Source: Candidatus Heimdallarchaeota archaeon B3_Heim
GTDB taxonomy: Archaea; Asgardarchaeota; Heimdallarchaeia; Hodarchaeales; Hodarchaeaceae
Assembly: GCA_003144275.1 (NCBI GenBank)
Contig: NJBF01000050.1
Span: 1-20,961, forward strand
Direction of reading: 5' to 3'
Length of the DNA: 20,961 bases
Made by a program: the position numbers and the translations under genes
In this document: one piece after another, positions 15,718 to 20,961 of the stretch
How positions within the stretch are numbered: the stretch's first letter is position 1
Layout: the number at the start of each line of letters is the position of its first letter
The notes under the pieces: generated by a model
Told to the model about the DNA's origin: nothing
Seen by the model: the letters and a program-made list of their open reading frames with translations, nothing else
The model's database searches: none

Positions 15718-17496
15718 TTATCGTTGTAAGATTGCTTTTCCTGTCTGTACGTTCCAGAGAGTTGTGTATAGTTTATTTGATTTAACCAGTTCCTCATGGG
15801 TCCCCTCTTCGATGATCTGCCCATGTTCAATAACATAAATTCGATCGGCATTTCGGACGGTACTGAGTCGATGTGCAATCAAGATAGTTGTTCTATCAAG
15901 AATAATCTTCTCTAATGATCTTTGAATAGCGGCTTCCGTCTCATTATCGACTGAGGAAGTTGCTTCATCAAGTACTAGAATAGGTGGATCCTTAAGTATA
16001 GCACGGGCAATAGAGATTCTTTGTCTTTGCCCTCCACTTAGTTTTTGACCTCTTTCACCAACAAGAGTATCATATCCATACGGAAGATTTGTAATAAACT
16101 CATGAACTTCGGCAATCTTTGCTGCTTCTACTATCCTTTCCATAGAAGCGTCCTGTCTTCCATAAATAATGTTTTCTCTTACAGTACCATCGATCAGATA
16201 TGTATCCTGTGAAACCAGACCTATTCCTTTTCGTAAATCCTGAAGCTTTAAATCTCTCAGATCATTATCATCAAGAGTGATTTTTCCATTGGTAGGATCA
16301 TATAATCGGAGCAATAGCTTGACTATTGTAGTTTTCCCTGATCCTGTACTTCCCACAAATGCTACAGTTTGGCCAGGATTAATATTCACACTTAAATCTG
16401 AAAAAACAACCTCACGGCCCTTGTATGAAAAGTTCACATTCTCGAAGCATAATTTCCCTTGAATACTGTCTAAAGGTAGATCAGTAGAACCAGATTGAAT
16501 TTTACTCTCTGTTTCGAAAAGACCCATGATTCTAGTAACAGAAGCCATGGCGCGTTGATATTGGTCAAAAGTTTCACCCATTCTAGTCAAAGGCCATAAA
16601 AGACGTTGAGTTAAGAAAATCATAGCACTATATGCGGCTACCTCCAGAGTACCATCAATAGTCTGAAAACCTCCGAAAATAAGCATAGCTGTAAATCCTA
16701 TGACGATAATCATCCGTATGAGTGGAGAAAACGCTGAACTAAACTTAATCGCATCTTCATTACTCATACGATATGCATTCGAGGATTTAGATATTCGATT
16801 GGCTTCAAAAGATTCGGTAGTGTAACTCTTAATTGTAGCAATCCCTGTTAAATTATTTGAGAGCATTCCGTTCAATATTCCAACTTTTTCTCGAACCTGC
16901 CTGTATTTGGGTTCAAGGCGAGCTTGGAAAAGAACAGCAAAGGTAAGAATAAACGGCATAGGCACTAGTGCCATCCACGCAATTCGAGGGGAGAGTAGGA
17001 AAAACGCGAAGGAAATTGCTATCGCAGTGACAGTTACCTGAATCAAATCATTGGCACTTATGTCCAAAAATCTTTCTAATTGGTTAATATCATCGTTCAA
17101 AATAGACATTAATCCACCAGTTTGACGATCCTCAAAATATTCCAATTCAAGATCTTGGAGATGTTTGTAGGCATCCATCCTCAGTTCATGTTCAACTGTT
17201 TGAGCTAAATTCCTCCAATAAATCTTGTAGATATACTCGAAAAGTGATTCAAAACCCCAAATAATGAATGTTAACAATCCAAGGACTATGAATTGAACCG
17301 AAGGCTCAGTTATACCAAAAAGAGCGAAGATAGAATTTTCTCTTCTTACCGCAATATCAACTGCTGCTGATATCAAAAAAGGCGGAGCTAAATCAAATAA
17401 TTTGTTAAGAATTGAAAAAATTGTAGCTAAAATTACCGTTGTACGATGTGGGCGCATATACTGGAGTAATTGGAAGAAGGGGCCGGTAGTATTCAT
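15718..17496 (-). CDS. ABCB/MsbA-like ABC exporter half-transporter (TMD-NBD fusion)
   Basis: Six-TM N-terminal domain, Walker A GSTGSGKT, Q-loop VSQD, signature LSGGQRQR, Walker B ILVLDEATSSVD and H-loop IAHRLST. Confidence 0.95.
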   Translation of the reverse strand: MNTTGPFFQLLQYMRPHRTTVILATIFSILNKLFDLAPPFLISAAVDIAVRRENSIFALFGITEPSVQFIVLGLLTFIIWGFESLFEYIYKIYWRNLAQTVEHELRMDAYKHLQDLELEYFEDRQTGGLMSILNDDINQLERFLDISANDLIQVTVTAIAISFAFFLLSPRIAWMALVPMPFILTFAVLFQARLEPKYRQVREKVGILNGMLSNNLTGIATIKSYTTESFEANRISKSSNAYRMSNEDAIKFSSAFSPLIRMIIVIGFTAMLIFGGFQTIDGTLEVAAYSAMIFLTQRLLWPLTRMGETFDQYQRAMASVTRIMGLFETESKIQSGSTDLPLDSIQGKLCFENVNFSYKGREVVFSDLSVNINPGQTVAFVGSTGSGKTTIVKLLLRLYDPTNGKITLDDNDLRDLKLQDLRKGIGLVSQDTYLIDGTVRENIIYGRQDASMERIVEAAKIAEVHEFITNLPYGYDTLVGERGQKLSGGQRQRISIARAILKDPPILVLDEATSSVDNETEAAIQRSLEKIILDRTTILIAHRLSTVRNADRIYVIEHGQIIEEGTHEELVKSNKLYTTLWNVQTGKAILQR

Positions 17497-17541
17497 GAGA
17501 AAAGCATAATTTGATTTTCTTTATCTAGTTTTTATTAATAA

Positions 17542-19035
17542 TTAAATGACCCCTAGAAAGAATGCAAGGAATGAAAGGTAAATTCCACCCATTATTAGTA
17601 AGATAACTGAGATAGGGATGAAACAAATAATGAAAAACTTGAAATTTAATGGCCGTCCTCTCTTAGCGAGTGAAGATACTGCCAAGATTCCCGCAGCTGA
17701 CCCAAAAGGTGTCCATCCACCTCCCAGCGCCCCAGAAAAGATTAGAATGAACCACAAGTAAAGTGGATGGGATTCAATATGAATTAAATTCATGTCCTTA
17801 ACAACAGGAAGAAGTGCTGCCGTGACAGGAATATTATCTAGAACACCACTAAAAATTGCAGTAATAAAAAGGATCAAAATTCCTGAGAGGAGTAAATCCT
17901 CTCCACTAATTGCTTTAAGCCATGTGGCAAGGTCAATTAAGATGTTTGTCTCCTCTAAAATTCCGACAAGAATGAAAAGTCCGCCAAAAAAGAGTAATGG
18001 TCCCCAATTCAGTCGTGATAGCAAAGTATTTTCATCGGTTCCTGTTAACACCATTGCTAATATTCCACCAATAATTGCTACGACTCCTATAGGTATTGTT
18101 AATAACTGAGCAAGGGCAAATCCGATGATCGTTACACCCATTGACAGAGCAGCTAAATAAAATTGCTTCTTACTCTCTATTACCCCCCATGGGTCTAATG
18201 ATAAAATTATTTCTGTGTCAATACCATTAGATTTTTCCCTAAGGGGAATTTTCTCTGGTGGAAAGAATTTACGTAAATAAATAATACAGATCGGAATCGA
18301 TATAATAACAAAAGGTAAAGAAACGAAAAGAAAATCAATAAAACCTATTCCCGCCGTTGTACCTACTAGGATTGCAGGCAACGAAGAAATTAATGTTGCC
18401 ATGCCAGCAAGGTCTGTGGCAAGGACAGCTGCAAGCAAAAAGGGGGTTGGATCATAATCAAGGGCTTGACAGGCCGTAAAAATCATAGAACTGATGAGAA
18501 TCATGGCAGTTACATTAGCCAGTACAGTAGACAATGTGAGAGTGAGTAAAAAAGTCATAACAAAAAGGGGAAAAACTTCCCCTTTCGAAACCTGCATCAT
18601 TCGTATTATTAACCAATCAAAGAGTCCTGTTTCTGCGGTTGCCTCTACCAAGATTGACATTCCAAAAACAACTGCAAGTACCTCCCATTCCATGTAATGG
18701 TCAACTACATGACTCCACTGGAAACTTTCCAGCAAAAACGCAGCCAAAAGAAGTGAAATGGAACAAGCAATCAGAATAATCGTAATCTGTAAATGATGGA
18801 ATCTAGCAACTAAAAGGAAAGTTATAATGAAAATAAGCGAGAATAATAATATATTTCCTATTCGAGAGTTGAAAGAGTAAAGGATCAAGAAAAAGGTGAA
18901 AAATCCCAATAGGATAATAATCAGAAAAATCTCAAATACTCGGTGACTTCTCAACCATTTACGATTTATCCTCTGCGTGAAAAATGATTGTTTTCTCTCT
19001 TCTTCTGAAAGGGTATCGCTTAAATTCTTAGTCAT
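17542..19035 (-). CDS. ArsB/NhaD/P-protein (IT superfamily) membrane permease
   Basis: About 12-13 TM. MEWEVL..FGMSIL..AETGLFDW, LNWGPLLFFGGLFILVGILEET, SGVLDNIP and GALGGGWTPFGS match the family repeat layout. Confidence 0.82.
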   Translation of the reverse strand: MTKNLSDTLSEEERKQSFFTQRINRKWLRSHRVFEIFLIIILLGFFTFFLILYSFNSRIGNILLFSLIFIITFLLVARFHHLQITIILIACSISLLLAAFLLESFQWSHVVDHYMEWEVLAVVFGMSILVEATAETGLFDWLIIRMMQVSKGEVFPLFVMTFLLTLTLSTVLANVTAMILISSMIFTACQALDYDPTPFLLAAVLATDLAGMATLISSLPAILVGTTAGIGFIDFLFVSLPFVIISIPICIIYLRKFFPPEKIPLREKSNGIDTEIILSLDPWGVIESKKQFYLAALSMGVTIIGFALAQLLTIPIGVVAIIGGILAMVLTGTDENTLLSRLNWGPLLFFGGLFILVGILEETNILIDLATWLKAISGEDLLLSGILILFITAIFSGVLDNIPVTAALLPVVKDMNLIHIESHPLYLWFILIFSGALGGGWTPFGSAAGILAVSSLAKRGRPLNFKFFIICFIPISVILLIMGGIYLSFLAFFLGVI

Positions 19036-19296
19036 TTTCCTAATCTACAGCCTGTATTCAAACGAAGAATCCTTCCAGTAGGTAAAGTATTTAACTTCCC
19101 TATTAACAGCAGATATAGTTTTTTTTCCATTTTTTCAATGAAGTCTTGCGTTGATATCTATTCTGTGTGTTCATAGCTATTTCTTCAAGTATTTTTTGGC
19201 AATTTGGACGACTTGGGATTGATGGCTCCTAAAAAAGGAATAATATCGTTCCTAGAAATTCATCCTTTATAGGATAACACTAGGATTGGTGAATGT

Positions 19297-19476
19297 ATGA
19301 AATATGAGGAAATCAAAATTGGCCAAAAAACTGAATATGTACTAACTATAACTGAGACAGACATTGAACTATTTGCTGAAGTATCTGGTTATTTAAACCC
19401 AGTTCACAAGGATGAAGAATATGCTAAAATAACTATGACTAGATTTGTCAGACAACTCTTGAAAGGCAACTATTAG
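19297..19476 (+). pseudogene. Truncated MaoC-family (R)-hydratase, N-terminal fragment
   Basis: GGTGA ribosome-binding site, then MKYEEIKIGQKTEYVLTITETDIELFAEVSGYLNPVHKDEEYAK, matching the MaoC N-terminus. The SGDxNPxH Asp is Tyr, and similarity ends at about 19434-19446 with a stop at 19474-19476. Confidence 0.8.
19434..19457 (-). repeat. 24-bp repeat, copy 2, inverted relative to 404-427
   Basis: Plus strand TATGACTAGATTTGTCAGACAACT; its reverse complement differs from 404-427 at one position. Confidence 0.75.
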
Positions 19477-19567
19477 TTGGTATTACACATAAACCTCCGT
19501 ATATCCTAATTCTGTTGAAAAAAAATCCTCTAAATAGACGCTTAAATAAATTTAATCTAGAATTTAC

Positions 19568-20032
19568 TTAATCAATTTCTTTTGTGGGTCTACTCAAATG
19601 AGTAGAATAAGTCATCTGATAATGAGTTTGATTCTCATCCTTCAAAGTAAATCCTAGCGATTTATACAGATTGAAGGCTCTTTTATTCACCTTTAAAACT
19701 TGTAATTCAATTGTTTTCTCCTCTTGCAATCCTTTATCAATAAGGTCGTGAATAAGTTCACTACCTATCCCCTTGTTTTGATATTCAGGTGTAATTTCAA
19801 TGATACTCAGAAAAAATTTCTTGGATTGCTCTTCTATAGACAAACAACCAATGTCTTCCCCATTTTCTTGAATGATTTGATATTTTTTTGGCTCAAAGTT
19901 CTTCCTATGATAATTACGCTGGACTTCTTCATCCCACCCCCAAATTAACTCAATGTATTCCCTTAATGTCTTCTTCTTTAGGTTGTAGAGATATTCAGAA
20001 TCATTAGGTGTTGCAGGACGGAAATTAATCAT
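19568..20032 (-). CDS. GNAT-family N-acetyltransferase
   Basis: Acetyl-CoA motif A ITPEYQNKGIGSEL and motif B LQVLKVNKRAFNLYKSLGF. ATG at 20032; the ORF track uses TTG at 20041. Confidence 0.9.
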   Translation of the reverse strand: MINFRPATPNDSEYLYNLKKKTLREYIELIWGWDEEVQRNYHRKNFEPKKYQIIQENGEDIGCLSIEEQSKKFFLSIIEITPEYQNKGIGSELIHDLIDKGLQEEKTIELQVLKVNKRAFNLYKSLGFTLKDENQTHYQMTYSTHLSRPTKEID

Positions 20033-20232
20033 AAAATACAACTCAAAAAGGGAGAAACATTACTTGTCTATTGAGTTTCAAGATGTTTTAAAGATTCTTA
20101 TTCCATTATGGAAGTTGGTTACTCCAGGAAGTAAATTCTCCGTGAACGTTATTCTGCGAGGAATAAATTGTTCCTATATCAAATTTTTTTCTGAATAATT
20201 CGTTGGTAAGGTTAAAAAAAGTATATACTACC

Positions 20233-20676
20233 TTATGGTACTATAGAAATCAATTCTTTGAAATGAGAGTCGAATGAGGCTAAGAAATCAATTGAATACA
20301 TTTGCATTAGAACTAATATTGAGCAATCAGTATAGCTAAAACCTGAATTGCAGTATTTATGGAATTTTTCTGTCGTTTCCTTTAAAATTGTTTGATCAAT
20401 GTACAGTTTAAAGAAGATGTCTTTTTTTTCCTTCTTCTTCCTTAAAAGCTCATCTATACCTTTAGCACATTCACAGGATTTCGTTCGGACACGTGAAAGG
20501 GTTAAAACTTCAGTAATTATATAATCTGATATGAAGATCTTTCCAAATTCCCCTTTTAATATTCTTACCATTAAAGGAAGAGCAGCAGCATGATGAGGAT
20601 CATCACTATTTACATAAGCAAAAATAAATCCTGAATCAAGAAAGCAATATTTTGAAGCAAAAGCAGGGCCTGAAAT
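20233..20676 (-). pseudogene. PIN-domain (VapC-like) ribonuclease; the frame is complete but has no canonical start before the first catalytic Asp
   Basis: The frame upstream of the ATG at 20571 reads ISGPAFASKYCFLDSGFIFAYVNSDDPHHAAALPL, bounded by an in-frame TGA at 20677-20679. All four PIN acidic residues are present (FLD, ITE, YTD, SFD). Confidence 0.7.
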
Positions 20677-20760
20677 TCAACAGATTAAAGATTATTTAAA
20701 AAAGAGTAGTTTTATTTAACGATTTTCTGATAATTTATTGACGAAATCTACAATTATTTT

Positions 20761-20850
20761 AATTGTTTTATTATTCATAAAAAATAGATTTAAATTAATT
20801 TGACAAATATATAAAAATCATTTTAAAAATATTTTATTATTAAAATAATT
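20761..20850. other. Extremely AT-rich non-coding tract
   Basis: Manual count gives 6 G/C in 90 nt (about 93% AT), within an ORF-free region that runs to the window end. Confidence 0.8.
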
Positions 20851-20961
20851 TTTTTCTTCGTAAGACAAGTTAACACTTTTGTAAGATAATTTAAGTATCG
20901 TTATTAAAAAACAGGTTACTGTCTGTTAATCATTTAATTTTTGTTTCAGCTTTGACATGAA

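Noticed and set aside
505-19948. Short ORFs antisense to or out of frame within assigned genes (e.g. 505-777, 1880-2155, 4641-4883, 5283-5474, 7641-7925, 10204-10575, 11512-11721, 14676-15002, 17792-18109, 19724-19948)
   Set aside because: They overlap motif-supported genes and carry no domain signature; these are shadow ORFs.
20618-20719. Plus-strand open stretch AKINPESRKQYFEAKAGPEIQQIKDYLKKSSFI*
   Set aside because: It has no start codon and is partly the antisense register of the PIN N-terminus. It is too short to support as a gene remnant.
1-20961. CRISPR array, tRNA/rRNA, integrase or intact transposase
   Set aside because: No regularly spaced repeats, cloverleaf or rRNA signatures, or complete recombinase/DDE ORF were seen by eye.

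Overview
AT-rich, gene-dense chromosomal window. BRE/TATA-like boxes and GAGGTGA-type ribosome-binding sites suggest an archaeal host, possibly Asgard-like; no marker gene is present, so this is inference only. From left to right: a partial CDS and scar-like region; a 1Fe superoxide reductase and an NAD(P)H/FAD oxidoreductase; a small hypothetical ORF; a minus-strand run of P-type ATPase, YhhN-family membrane protein and Tex; a plus-strand molybdenum hydroxylase operon (MocA, MoaD/ThiS-like, FAD subunit, 2Fe-2S subunit, XdhD-like Mo subunit); a 7TM-PAS histidine kinase; an ABCB-type exporter and an ArsB/NhaD-family permease; then a decayed right end with a truncated MaoC, a GNAT, a PIN toxin lacking a start codon and a very AT-rich tract. 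The most striking observation is the P-type ATPase. Its catalytic core is intact and P2-like, but nearly all canonical cation ligands are replaced: M4 reads PINIP instead of PEGLP and the M6 Asp is His. It lies next to a lysoplasmalogenase-family gene, so it is a candidate non-metal pump, possibly for a lipid. A 24-bp inverted repeat pair (23/24 identical) brackets about 19 kb of the window. No rRNA, tRNA or CRISPR array was seen.
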